Both the position numbers and the translations under genes were made by a program. A DNA stretch of 32,000 bases from Zymomonas mobilis subsp. mobilis ATCC 10988 (GTDB taxonomy: Bacteria; Pseudomonadota; Alphaproteobacteria; Sphingomonadales; Sphingomonadaceae), in NCBI RefSeq assembly GCF_000175255.2, contig NC_017262.1, positions 30,001 to 62,000 on the forward strand, read 5' to 3'. Under the pieces are notes generated by a model. The model saw nothing but the letters and a program-made list of their open reading frames with translations, was not told where the DNA came from and made no database searches. This document shows, in pieces, positions 1-10,341 of the stretch (position 1 is the stretch's first letter; each line of letters begins with the position of its first letter).

Positions 1-139
1 CGACGGTTTCCCATCCCATATCTTCAAAAGTGCGAAGCGCTGTTGATTTTCCGGCACCCGATAATCCGGTTACCAATAAAATACGCGCAGGCGGAGCCGC
101 AGAAGACGAGGGGGCAGAAGACAAATCATTCCGGCTCAT
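1..139 (-). CDS. rapZ: RNase adapter protein RapZ, N-terminal fragment (gene runs off the window start)
   Basis: Reverse-strand translation from the ATG at 139-137 reads MSRNDLSSAPSSSAAPPARILLVTGLSGAGKSTALRTFEDMGWETV. Walker A GLSGAGKS followed by EDMG is the RapZ/YhbJ N-terminal pattern. It lies 22 nt downstream of hprK. Confidence 0.7.
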   Translation of the reverse strand, partial: MSRNDLSSAPSSSAAPPARILLVTGLSGAGKSTALRTFEDMGWETV

Positions 140-161
140 AGGTAAGATATCCTCTTCAATC

Positions 162-653
162 TCAATCTTTTAGCAGAATATCTCCCTGTAAACACGCTAT
201 TTTCATTTCAATTTTTATCGGTGTCGAAGCCTCAAAAGCCTTAAGCGTTAAAAGCGGCAAAGCCCGCCCTAAAATTTCTACAGAATCGGCAGGATCAGGC
301 ATCCGCTCAACGCTGTCATCCAAAATGACAGCCAAGGCCAGATTCGCCTTAGGCGAAAAGGGCATCTTGACAATCCCCACACCTCTTATTTCTAACAAAC
401 CTGCAATATGAGAAGGCGGAGAGGCAACCAAAAGCCGTTTTTCGGGATCATCTTCTATCAAGCTGTAATCATCACTGACCAGAATGGCTCCGCGATCTAT
501 CAGGCGCAAAGCAAGGTCGGACTTCCCGCTACCAGACGCACCGATCAAAAGAACGCCGTGATTTTTGATGAATATCGTCGTTGCATGAATCAAGGCCGAT
601 GATTCGTTTGAACCATCGGCCTTGCGGGTATTTTCAATAGTTACAGAAGACAT
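162..653 (-). CDS. hprK: Short-form HPr kinase/phosphorylase (C-terminal kinase domain only)
   Basis: 163-aa ORF with P-loop GASGSGKSDLALRLIDRG and LLEIRGVGIV, typical of the HprK catalytic domain. It lacks the N-terminal domain, as in alphaproteobacterial HprK, and is located downstream of chvG. Confidence 0.8.
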   Translation of the reverse strand: MSSVTIENTRKADGSNESSALIHATTIFIKNHGVLLIGASGSGKSDLALRLIDRGAILVSDDYSLIEDDPEKRLLVASPPSHIAGLLEIRGVGIVKMPFSPKANLALAVILDDSVERMPDPADSVEILGRALPLLTLKAFEASTPIKIEMKIACLQGDILLKD

Positions 654-795
654 CTCAATTAGAACGCTTTAGCCCATGACATTACAAAGATAATCACAGT
701 CAAAAGCGATAAGAAATAGATATTCCAAAATCACCTTTTTCGGTGGAAATTTTCATCCATTTCGCTTGGAATGTCAGAGCTATTTTATCCATTCT

Positions 796-2433
796 CTAGG
801 CTTTTTTACCATTTTGGGTCGGATGAATGATCGGAGCGGCGGGAAGATGGACAATAAAGCTAGCACCGGCTTTTCCATGCGACCGCTTGGCGACCTCAAT
901 CGTGCCGTGATGGGCTTCAACCGTCGCTTTCGCAATCGCCAATCCCAAACCACTATGGCGACCAAAGGCTTCCTGACTGGGGCGGACAGAATGGAATCGC
1001 CGGAAAATTTCTTCCTTGGCATCATCCGGCACGCCGGGGCCTTCATCTTCTACTCTGATGACAACATCATCTTTGTCGCGGGTTGTGGTAATCGTTACCA
1101 AACCATCCGGCGGCGAAAATGAAATCGCGTTATCGATCAGATTTTCAACAACCCGCGTCAATCTCGTGCCATCGCCCAAAACCACGGCAATACCGGATTG
1201 CGGGCGGGCAAAAGCAATACGGACATCGGCTGCATCAGGCCGCCTCTCGCAATGCTTGGTGACACCTTGAATTAACGGGCCTAAATCAATGACTTCAAAG
1301 CTGGAACGCGCCATTTCTGCGTCAACACGCGAAGCCTCTGAAATATCGGTAATCAGGCGATCTAACCGCTGAATATCGTCACGAATGACGCCGATCAATT
1401 GCTGCCGCAAATGATCGTCTTTTATCATTTCCAGACTATCGACCGCCGACCGTAACGAAGCCAACGGATTTTTCAGCTCATGCGTTACATCAGCAGCAAA
1501 AGCCTCTGTCGCATCAATCCGCTGTTGCAAGGCGGTATTCATATCAGACAGCGATCTCGCCAATAGACCAATTTCATCACGGCGCGCGGGCAGGCGAGGG
1601 ACTTTAACCTCTCTTGCCTGTCCTAAACGGACGCGTACCGCTGCTTTGGCAAGGCTTTTCAATGGGTGAACAATTGTTCGCGCCAAAAATAAAGACAATC
1701 CGACAGAAACACAGGTAACGACCAATAAAACGATCATTGCCCAAAAACGCTGCCGTCTGACCTTATGGGTAATATAACGCGGGTTATCCGTTGCAAATAA
1801 GGTAGCGCCATCTTTCCCGATAGGGGTCGCGATTGAAATCAACGGTGTCCGATCCGCCGCCCATCTTATCTGCGCTGCCATTTCATTCTGGCTACGGGCA
1901 GTCACCGCTTCCGGCCATGCTTGCAGCCGGTCATCTTTCGGTTCCTGATAATAACTTAACGGGCTGGCATGGACGACAATATCATTGATCCGATCCAATG
2001 TGCGGGCAAGACGGTGCTGCCAGTCATCTTTTTTCGGGTCATGAATGGTATAAGTAGGCGGCTGTCCGTCCCAGCTATCAAATTGCCTTTTTCCGTCGGA
2101 ATTAAAAATCCGAATACGAAAGCCGGTTTGCTGTCCCATCTTACCGATCAGGCGATCCCATTCCGCTTCCGGTGTATTTTCGAGATTATCGGTAATAAGC
2201 TCGACCATCGCTTTATATTTACCGGTCTGAAGACCCGTCAGGCGATCGCGATATTGGGCGACATAGAAAAAGGTGCCAGCAAATATCAGAAGAACGAAAA
2301 TATTCACGGCCAGAATACGGGCAGTCAGCGACCAACGCGCTGACCAACCAAGCGCAAGCTCGTTTCTCCGCCAGTGATAGCGGGAAGCCGCGTCTTCTTC
2401 TTTATTCTTCGGCAAATCGGTAGCCGATACCAT
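796..2433 (-). CDS. chvG: Sensor histidine kinase, ChvG/ExoS-like
   Basis: 545-aa ORF with two hydrophobic segments ([19 protein letters not shown] and [22 protein letters not shown]) flanking a periplasmic region. H-box [10 protein letters not shown] and ATPase boxes DNAISFS, DEGPGV and GLGLAI are present. It overlaps the upstream response regulator gene by 32 nt. Confidence 0.8.
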   Translation of the reverse strand: MVSATDLPKNKEEDAASRYHWRRNELALGWSARWSLTARILAVNIFVLLIFAGTFFYVAQYRDRLTGLQTGKYKAMVELITDNLENTPEAEWDRLIGKMGQQTGFRIRIFNSDGKRQFDSWDGQPPTYTIHDPKKDDWQHRLARTLDRINDIVVHASPLSYYQEPKDDRLQAWPEAVTARSQNEMAAQIRWAADRTPLISIATPIGKDGATLFATDNPRYITHKVRRQRFWAMIVLLVVTCVSVGLSLFLARTIVHPLKSLAKAAVRVRLGQAREVKVPRLPARRDEIGLLARSLSDMNTALQQRIDATEAFAADVTHELKNPLASLRSAVDSLEMIKDDHLRQQLIGVIRDDIQRLDRLITDISEASRVDAEMARSSFEVIDLGPLIQGVTKHCERRPDAADVRIAFARPQSGIAVVLGDGTRLTRVVENLIDNAISFSPPDGLVTITTTRDKDDVVIRVEDEGPGVPDDAKEEIFRRFHSVRPSQEAFGRHSGLGLAIAKATVEAHHGTIEVAKRSHGKAGASFIVHLPAAPIIHPTQNGKKA

Positions 2434-3109
2434 AGAGCGTCTCTATACTTTTGAATTGATTATCTACCTGGCGGAATTTACGCCGCAGGCGCTTGATATG
2501 GCTGTCTATGGTGCGATCATCGACATAGACATCATCCTGATAGGCGGTATCCATCAATTGGTCACGCGATTTTACAAAACCGGGACGCTGCGCCAAGGCC
2601 TCAAGGATCAGAAACTCTGTCACCGTCAAGGAAATATCCTCACCGTCCCATGACACCTGATGCCGATCAGGGTCCATCACCAGACGACCTCTAACAATGA
2701 TATGGCTATTTTGGGGCGTTTCTTCAGATTTTTCCTGAAATCTGGCTTCGGTGCGCCGTAACAAAGCCCGAATCCGCGCGATCAACAGTCGCAAAGAGAA
2801 AGGCTTGGCGATATAATCATCGGCACCGGAAGCCAAACCCAAGGCCTCATCCAGCTCATCATCTTTGGAGGTCAGAAAAATGACCGGCACCATGCTTTTT
2901 TCACGCAATCGCCGCAAAACCTCCATTCCGTCCATGATGGGCATTTTGATATCCAAAACAACCAAATCGGGCGGCGATTCCAAAAGTGCATTCAGAGCCG
3001 TTTTCCCATCAGAATAGACTCTGACAGAAAATCCCTCTGACTGAAGCGTCATCGAAACCGAGGCTAAAATATTACGGTCATCATCGACCAAGGCGATTGA
3101 AGCAGTCAT
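2402..3109 (-). CDS. chvI: OmpR-family response regulator, ChvI-like
   Basis: 235-aa ORF with a receiver domain ([22 protein letters not shown]) and a winged-helix C-terminus ([17 protein letters not shown] ... YGIGYRF). It is paired with the chvG-like kinase. Confidence 0.8.
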   Translation of the reverse strand: MTASIALVDDDRNILASVSMTLQSEGFSVRVYSDGKTALNALLESPPDLVVLDIKMPIMDGMEVLRRLREKSMVPVIFLTSKDDELDEALGLASGADDYIAKPFSLRLLIARIRALLRRTEARFQEKSEETPQNSHIIVRGRLVMDPDRHQVSWDGEDISLTVTEFLILEALAQRPGFVKSRDQLMDTAYQDDVYVDDRTIDSHIKRLRRKFRQVDNQFKSIETLYGIGYRFAEE

Positions 3110-3370
3110 TTATTTTCGCTCTACTGCATAAATCATTGTGAAATGGCAACCATTATCGGCCAAATTTTTTTATCCTTTTGCTACTCTTGATCGGTTCTTT
3201 GATTTATTTCCGCTTCTAACAACGGGTTTAAACAAAAAATGCAAAATAAATAAGGAAAAACCCTATCAGGGTGCTAGAAAGCAAAGCCATCCCATTATAT
3301 AGGGCTACGAATCTTATTGCCCAATCAGATCCTTATGAATTTCTATGATTAAGGTTTTGAACGGGCCTGA

Positions 3371-4843
<1,473 letters not shown>

Positions 4844-4872
4844 AAGCTTTGTTGTAACGATCAAAAGGAGTC

Positions 4873-6105
4873 TTGGCGGTGATCCCTCAAGCCAGAGTAG
4901 AAGCCGCCATAGAACTGCTTGACCAGATTATTCAGGCGGTGCGTGACGAAGGTTCTGCGGCTGATCGACTGATTAGCCAATATTTCAAAACGCGCCGCTA
5001 TGCTGGTTCAAAAGATCGGGCAGCCATTCGCAGCTTGGTCTATCGGGCTATTCGCGAGATAGGCGATTGTCCGATAAATGGGCGCGCTGCGATGATCCAG
5101 TTGGCACAAAATGATGCTGAACTGGCTTTCTTATTTGACGGATCAATGCGCGCTCCTGCGCCCATATCCGATAAAGAATTCGCTGAAGCGGCTAAAATTT
5201 CTCAAAAAAACACATCTTTGCTGCCTGCATGGCTAGCTGAAAAGATGGCGGCCAGCGATATCGACACCGCCGAGCAAAATGCTCTTTTGGGGCGCGCTCC
5301 GCTCGATATTCGCTTTAATCCCCATTTAACGGATATAGACACGGTTCTTGCAGCCTTCCCAGAAGGGCAAGTAATATCCGGCTTACCTTATGCGGTTCGT
5401 CTTCCCGAAGGCACAAAAGTCGATCAATCTCCTTTGTGGAAATCGGGTGCGATCGAAATACAGGATGCCGGTTCCCAATGGGCAAGTTCTATCTGCCAAG
5501 CCCAATTAGGCATGAAGGTCATTGATCTTTGCGCAGGGGCAGGGGGTAAAAGCCTCGCTTTGGCTAGCGATATGTTGGCCAATAACAATGCGGCAAAATT
5601 GGATTTGATCGCTTGCGATACCGACCGCAATCGTCTGTCTCGATTGCAACCTCGCGCGGAACGCGCCAAACTGCCCCCCATTGAACAACGGCTCCTTAAT
5701 CCTAAACAGGAAGAGAAGGCATTAGGCGACCTCGCACATCAAGCGGATCTCGTGTTAATTGATGCCCCTTGTTCTGGAAGTGGCACATGGCGGCGTAATC
5801 CCGAAGCCCGCTGGCGCCTCAATCCGACGCGCTTGCAACGGGTTATCGACACGCAAAGCCATCTTTTGGATGTTGCCTCTCAACTGGTTCGCCCTAACGG
5901 CTATTTGGTCTATGTCGTCTGTTCTGTACTGGATGATGAAGGTGCCAACCAGATCACGGCTTTCCTCAATCGTCATCCTGATTGGACAGTCGAAAATCCA
6001 GATATCCAAGCGGGGTGTTTACGCGGGGATGGTCGTCGCTTTACTGTGCTTCAAGACAAAAGTGATGGCTTTTTTGTCAGTCGGCTCCGTTATATCGGCC
6101 GTTAA
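4873..6105 (+). CDS. RsmB/RsmF-family SAM-dependent rRNA m5C methyltransferase
   Basis: 410-aa ORF with a TTG start 3-8 nt after AAGGAG (4865-4870). It has the SAM motif DLCAGAGGKS, the catalytic PC motif DAPCSGSGTWRRNPE and the second Cys motif YVVCSVL. Confidence 0.8.
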   Translation: MAVIPQARVEAAIELLDQIIQAVRDEGSAADRLISQYFKTRRYAGSKDRAAIRSLVYRAIREIGDCPINGRAAMIQLAQNDAELAFLFDGSMRAPAPISDKEFAEAAKISQKNTSLLPAWLAEKMAASDIDTAEQNALLGRAPLDIRFNPHLTDIDTVLAAFPEGQVISGLPYAVRLPEGTKVDQSPLWKSGAIEIQDAGSQWASSICQAQLGMKVIDLCAGAGGKSLALASDMLANNNAAKLDLIACDTDRNRLSRLQPRAERAKLPPIEQRLLNPKQEEKALGDLAHQADLVLIDAPCSGSGTWRRNPEARWRLNPTRLQRVIDTQSHLLDVASQLVRPNGYLVYVVCSVLDDEGANQITAFLNRHPDWTVENPDIQAGCLRGDGRRFTVLQDKSDGFFVSRLRYIGR

Positions 6106-6313
6106 AGCCGCGATAGAACGCAAAATTTAAAGCCAAAATCGGCGTTTTTGCCTCTCATCAATAACGGATAAAATCTTTACTGACCTGATTGTCTCTTTCC
6201 GCCATCATAACTATTCGTTGCGATGGCAAGATAGTCAGGTTAGAGTTTTCCTTAATCGGTCATTATCGGTTGTCATGGGTAGTCTTCAGTCTGTTCCTTT
6301 TCCGGAGAAAATA

Positions 6314-6904
6314 ATGCATTTTTCGCCTCTAGCCCTTGTCCTTTCTCTGACATTGGCCTCAGGAACACCGGTGCTTCAAGGTAGAGCGGATAGCGATATC
6401 AATCCCTATTCTACCCATTTGATGCTTCAGGCTGAAAAATCGCAAAAAGAAGGCCATCTGGTCGAGGCCGAACAACTTCTTGAAAGCGCTCTGGCCGTCG
6501 ATCCTCGCAATAAAAATGCCTTTATCGCTTTGGGACGTGTGGCCGCTGCACAGGATTTAACCGGAAAAGCCATTCGTTTTTATCGCAGCGCATTAACGAT
6601 TGATCCGACCGACACCACGGCATTGGAAGCGCAAGGCGAAGCCATGGTGGCCAAAGGTGCCATGAATAGAGCGCAGCAAAATCTTACGAAAATAAAAGAA
6701 ATCTGTAAAACAGAATGCCCTGCCTATAATGCCCTTGCTGCCGTTATTGCCAAAGGCCCACCGGCCACCTCACAGGTCAAAACTGCTGATAGCCACATAG
6801 CAAATGACAATTCCGCAACAGTTGCCTCGAATACGCCTAAAAACACTTCGTCTTCCGAAGCCACTTCTAAAACGCCTAACACCTCCAAAAATATTATAAA
6901 ATAA
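6314..6904 (+). CDS. Secreted TPR-repeat protein with S/T/N-rich tail
   Basis: The in-frame ATG at 6314 is preceded by GGAG (6304-6307) and gives the signal-like N-terminus MHFSPLALVLSLTLASGTPVLQG. TPR-like repeats follow (AEQLLESALAVDPRNKNAFIALG, AIRFYRSALTIDPTDTTAL). The longer ORF-track start at 6218 lacks these features. Confidence 0.6.
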   Translation: MHFSPLALVLSLTLASGTPVLQGRADSDINPYSTHLMLQAEKSQKEGHLVEAEQLLESALAVDPRNKNAFIALGRVAAAQDLTGKAIRFYRSALTIDPTDTTALEAQGEAMVAKGAMNRAQQNLTKIKEICKTECPAYNALAAVIAKGPPATSQVKTADSHIANDNSATVASNTPKNTSSSEATSKTPNTSKNIIK

Positions 6905-7326
6905 TATTTTAAGGTCATAATTTTAATTTTTTATACCAAAAATGGGGTTTTATTCCTTTTCTGGAATCGAATAGCAAAGCTCTGCGGGTAAAGCCTTTTC
7001 TGTCCGTGTTTTTTTGTGTATCTCCTCTTCAACTTTTACCTATAAAATTCGCCAGAGCCTATAAAACTCATATCTTGCTGATTTTGTTGTTTTATAATGG
7101 CTATGTCTTTTTATTCATTTGGTATTTTGAGGAGGATGTGCACTGCGCTTTCAAAAGATATCTGAAAATACTCTATTTGTGATGACTGACGATATTATGG
7201 GAAATGAATTCCATCGTTTATTCATCATCAAGATGGTATCATGGCAAGCAATGTCTCATCTTATTCATTTCTCCCTGAAATAACGGAAGAAATAGCCTCT
7301 TTGCTTTGCATAAAATTATTGTATTT

Positions 7327-7354
7327 TTGCAGCAAAAATACTTGATAGTATAAT
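7327..7354 (+). promoter_or_regulatory. Candidate sigma70-type promoter for the 7408-11211 cluster
   Basis: TTGCAG (7327-7332), a 16-nt spacer, then TATAAT (7349-7354), about 55 nt upstream of the ATG at 7408. A GATCTTG/CAAGATC inverted repeat (7359-7365 / 7379-7385) lies in the putative leader. Confidence 0.3.
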
Positions 7355-7407
7355 CAACGATCTTGTAACGGACTTAAGCAAGATCATTACTCCCTAGGTT
7401 TATAGCA

Positions 7408-8130
7408 ATGCCCCAACCCGAGCCTTCCCGAAATAGATCAGCCCCTCTCATCGCCCTTGTCGGTGCCGATGGAAGTGGCAAGACCACTGTTGGTCAGGAA
7501 TTGCTTGAATGGTTGCAGACAATGCGGCCGACGGCTTTTTGTCATCTTGGAAAACAAACCGGAAATTGGGGTCGGGCTATTGCCCGTATGCCTTTTGTGG
7601 GCAAAAAACTTGATAAACAAGTTATTGCCCGCTCTTCCAAAGCACGGGATGAAAAAGGGGCAGGGGCAACGGTTTCAATCGTTATTTTTGCGCTTTCCAT
7701 GCGTCGGGTATTTCGTTTTTTGCGGATGCGAAGACTCCATCGCAAGGGCTTTATGATCTTAACCGATCGTTACCCTCAAGCGGTTGTTCCTGGGCCCATG
7801 GACGGGCCCGGCTTGGTCGCCAGAAATCCGAAAGGCATGATTGCTCGCTTTTTGACGGGGCGAGAGCAAGCCTTATATGATTGGATGGCTTCTTATAAGC
7901 CGGATATCGTGATCAGGCTCAATGTCGATCTCGAAACGGCACTCAAACGCAAACCCGATCATCGACCCGCTTCTTTGGAAAGAAAAGTAAGGGATGTTCC
8001 TCGCTTGTCTTTTAATGGGGCCCCTATTCTCGATCTGGATAGCCGCGAACCCTTGGATCAGGTAATTGGCAAAGCAAAAGCTGCCATTCTCGACGTTATT
8101 GCGCGTTATGACCAAGCGACCGCCAAGTAA
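7408..8130 (+). CDS. Thymidylate-kinase-like P-loop NTPase/kinase family protein, paralog 1
   Basis: 240-aa ORF with P-loop LVGADGSGKTT and a DRY-type motif LTDRYPQA, as in dTMP-kinase-fold proteins, plus DGPGL and RKPDH motifs. It is clearly paralogous to the next gene. Confidence 0.7.
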   Translation: MPQPEPSRNRSAPLIALVGADGSGKTTVGQELLEWLQTMRPTAFCHLGKQTGNWGRAIARMPFVGKKLDKQVIARSSKARDEKGAGATVSIVIFALSMRRVFRFLRMRRLHRKGFMILTDRYPQAVVPGPMDGPGLVARNPKGMIARFLTGREQALYDWMASYKPDIVIRLNVDLETALKRKPDHRPASLERKVRDVPRLSFNGAPILDLDSREPLDQVIGKAKAAILDVIARYDQATAK

Positions 8131-8134
8131 ACCC

Positions 8135-8905
8135 ATGGAATTATTATTGGATAACAAGACGCCACCGATTGAAAAGGCTCCCTACCCAAAGGCTCATACT
8201 CATCCGACGGGTAAATTGATCGCGCTTGTCGGCTGTGATGGCAGTGGGAAATCCAGTCTGACGACAGATCTCATTGCGGCCATACAAAAATATACGCCTG
8301 TCAAACGCTATTATCTTGGCTTGGGATCAGGGGATTTGGGCAGAAAAATCGGACAAATTCCTGTAGTCGGATCATGGATCGAAAATCTTCTCAAGCAAAG
8401 GGCGACTACCACTCGGACAAAAGGCAAAAAGATACCGGGTGTTATGACGGCATTAGTCGTTTATTTTTTCTCTTTACGGCGTTTTTGTTCCTATCTCAAA
8501 ATGAGACGCGCCTTAAAGACTGGTATTACGGTTATCACAGACCGCTATCCACAGGCTGAAATCGCTGGACAATGTGACGGACCCGGCTTGTCAGCCGCTA
8601 AGGCTGGCAATCGTTTTGTCAGTTGGCTGGTGCGGTCAGAAGCTGCACTTTACCAACGAATGGCGTCCTTCCAACCTGATCTCGTTTTACGTCTGGATGT
8701 CGATCCCGAGACAGCCCATGCTCGTAAACCCGATCATGATATTGAGGCGCTGCGTATTAAATCGGAAATTATGCAGCATTTGACTTTCGGTGGCGCCCAT
8801 ATGGAAGTCATCGATGCCACGCGCCCCTATAAGGCTGTCTGGAAAGATATTGTGCGTTTGGTGCAACCCTATCTAACGGTTGACCTCGCTTCAAACCAGA
8901 AATAG
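8135..8905 (+). CDS. Thymidylate-kinase-like P-loop NTPase/kinase family protein, paralog 2
   Basis: The ORF is open from 8066 (TTG). ATG candidates are at 8108 and 8135, and 8135 is chosen because it does not overlap the upstream stop. P-loop LVGCDGSGKSS, ITDRYPQA, DGPGL and RKPDH motifs are colinear with paralog 1. Confidence 0.7.
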   Translation: MELLLDNKTPPIEKAPYPKAHTHPTGKLIALVGCDGSGKSSLTTDLIAAIQKYTPVKRYYLGLGSGDLGRKIGQIPVVGSWIENLLKQRATTTRTKGKKIPGVMTALVVYFFSLRRFCSYLKMRRALKTGITVITDRYPQAEIAGQCDGPGLSAAKAGNRFVSWLVRSEAALYQRMASFQPDLVLRLDVDPETAHARKPDHDIEALRIKSEIMQHLTFGGAHMEVIDATRPYKAVWKDIVRLVQPYLTVDLASNQK

Positions 8906-8990
8906 CACAAAAATCCATTCAATAGGGCCAGACTTCATCCCGAATTTTGGCCTTAAATTTTACTAAGGTAAGAAAAGGCAAGAACCGCCT

Positions 8991-10325
8991 ATGTCAGGAT
9001 GGTTGAAAGACCGCGTTTTTCGAACTGTTCTGAAAAACGCAGGATATCTGGGATCAACAAAACTGATCGGCGCTTTAATCGGGCTAGGCGCGCTGATTGG
9101 GGCAGGGCGGATGCTGACGGCGGTGGAATTCGGTACGTTGATGCTGATTCACACATATGCTTTGGGGGTCGGTGCCTTAACCAAGTTTCAAAGCTGGCAG
9201 ATGATTTTAAAATTTGGTGCCCGTCCTTACGAACAAGGCAACCGTTCTATTGTAGCCAAAGCCATCCGTTTTGCGGTTGGACTGGATATGGCTTCAGGTG
9301 TTTTTGGTATGGTCGTTGGTATGACGATATTGTGCTTTGCGGCTTCCTATGTCGGAATTGGTCAACAATATACACCTATCGCGCTTTTATATTGTACCCT
9401 TATCCCTACAATGTCATCGGCGACTCCAACGGGTGTTTTGCGCTTGGTTGGGCGTTTTGACCTTCTTGCCAAACAACAAATTATTACCCCTCTTTTGCGG
9501 GGCGTTGGCGCGCTGCTTTCTTGGATATTGGGCCTCGGTTTTGTCAGCTTTGTTGCGACATGGTATCTAGCGGATATCGCCGGAGACCTCGTTTTATGGG
9601 TAATGACGGTAAAAGAACTCCGTGAACGGGACATGCAATCCGCTTTGCGTCCCAGCCTTCGCGAGGCACCCGCGTCTTTACCAGGGGTATGGAATTTCGT
9701 CTGGTTGACCAATCTTAACACAACACTGGATGCTTGCTGGTCTCCGGTTGGCAATCTGATTGTGGGCGGTATGTTGGGGGCGGCGGCGGCTGGTCGATAC
9801 AAGATTGCCACGACATTATTGGATTCTGCGGTCAAACCCGCGCGTTTTCTGGAAAAAGGTTTCTATCCTGAAATTATGCGTCTTGATCCCAAAAGCCGCC
9901 ATCCTTGGCATCTGGCTTTACGAACTGGCCTTCTGTCAGGGGCGATAGGCTTATGCGTCATGTTGGTTATCTTAATCGGTGGCAAGCCTCTTATCAGTCT
10001 GTTTGGCCATAAATATGCCGAAGCTTCGACATTGATGACAATCATGTCACCAGCCTTGGTGATCTCTATGGCCTGCTTTCCTCTGGAATCGCTGCTCTAT
10101 ATGGCGGGGCAGGCCAAGGCTGTGCTTGTTGCCCAGATTGTGTCGGTCATCACCTATATTACGGCTCTTGTGTGCTTAACCCATGCCTTTGGCCTGCATG
10201 GGGCAGGGATCTCTTATATTTTCGGTATCTTCCTATTAAATATTTTAGCCATGATTCCGGCTCTTATAGGCTATACACGTCGCTATCTTCTGGAATCCGA
10301 AACTGTTACCAACAGCGAAGTTTAA
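8991..10325 (+). CDS. MOP-superfamily (Wzx/RfbX-like) polysaccharide/oligosaccharide flippase-like membrane protein
   Basis: 444-aa ORF that is hydrophobic throughout, with roughly 12 predicted helices by eye. The N-terminus (FRTVLKNAGYLGSTKLIGALIGLGALIGAGRMLTAVEFG) resembles the Polysacc_synt family start. Confidence 0.65.
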   Translation: MSGWLKDRVFRTVLKNAGYLGSTKLIGALIGLGALIGAGRMLTAVEFGTLMLIHTYALGVGALTKFQSWQMILKFGARPYEQGNRSIVAKAIRFAVGLDMASGVFGMVVGMTILCFAASYVGIGQQYTPIALLYCTLIPTMSSATPTGVLRLVGRFDLLAKQQIITPLLRGVGALLSWILGLGFVSFVATWYLADIAGDLVLWVMTVKELRERDMQSALRPSLREAPASLPGVWNFVWLTNLNTTLDACWSPVGNLIVGGMLGAAAAGRYKIATTLLDSAVKPARFLEKGFYPEIMRLDPKSRHPWHLALRTGLLSGAIGLCVMLVILIGGKPLISLFGHKYAEASTLMTIMSPALVISMACFPLESLLYMAGQAKAVLVAQIVSVITYITALVCLTHAFGLHGAGISYIFGIFLLNILAMIPALIGYTRRYLLESETVTNSEV

Positions 10326-10341
10326 AGAGAGCAGAGAATCG

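Noticed and set aside
6218-6313. Upstream extension of the TPR protein ORF (start at 6218)
   Set aside because: The extension is non-hydrophobic and precedes a clear GGAG + ATG + signal peptide at 6314, so it is unlikely to be translated.
7182-7283. 33-codon small ORF (MTDDIMGNEFHRLFIIKMVSWQAMSHLIHFSLK) in the AT-rich leader, plus a 9-codon ORF after GAGGAGG at 7130
   Set aside because: There is no Shine-Dalgarno sequence before 7182. The GAGGAGG is directly fused to its ATG, so the spacing is too short. Conservation cannot be assessed, so these are kept only as possibilities within the leader finding.
8999-9835. 153-aa alternative-frame ORF and 157-aa antisense ORF inside the flippase gene
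   Set aside because: The flippase frame gives a coherent multi-helix membrane protein. The alternatives are Arg/Cys/Trp-rich with no domain pattern.
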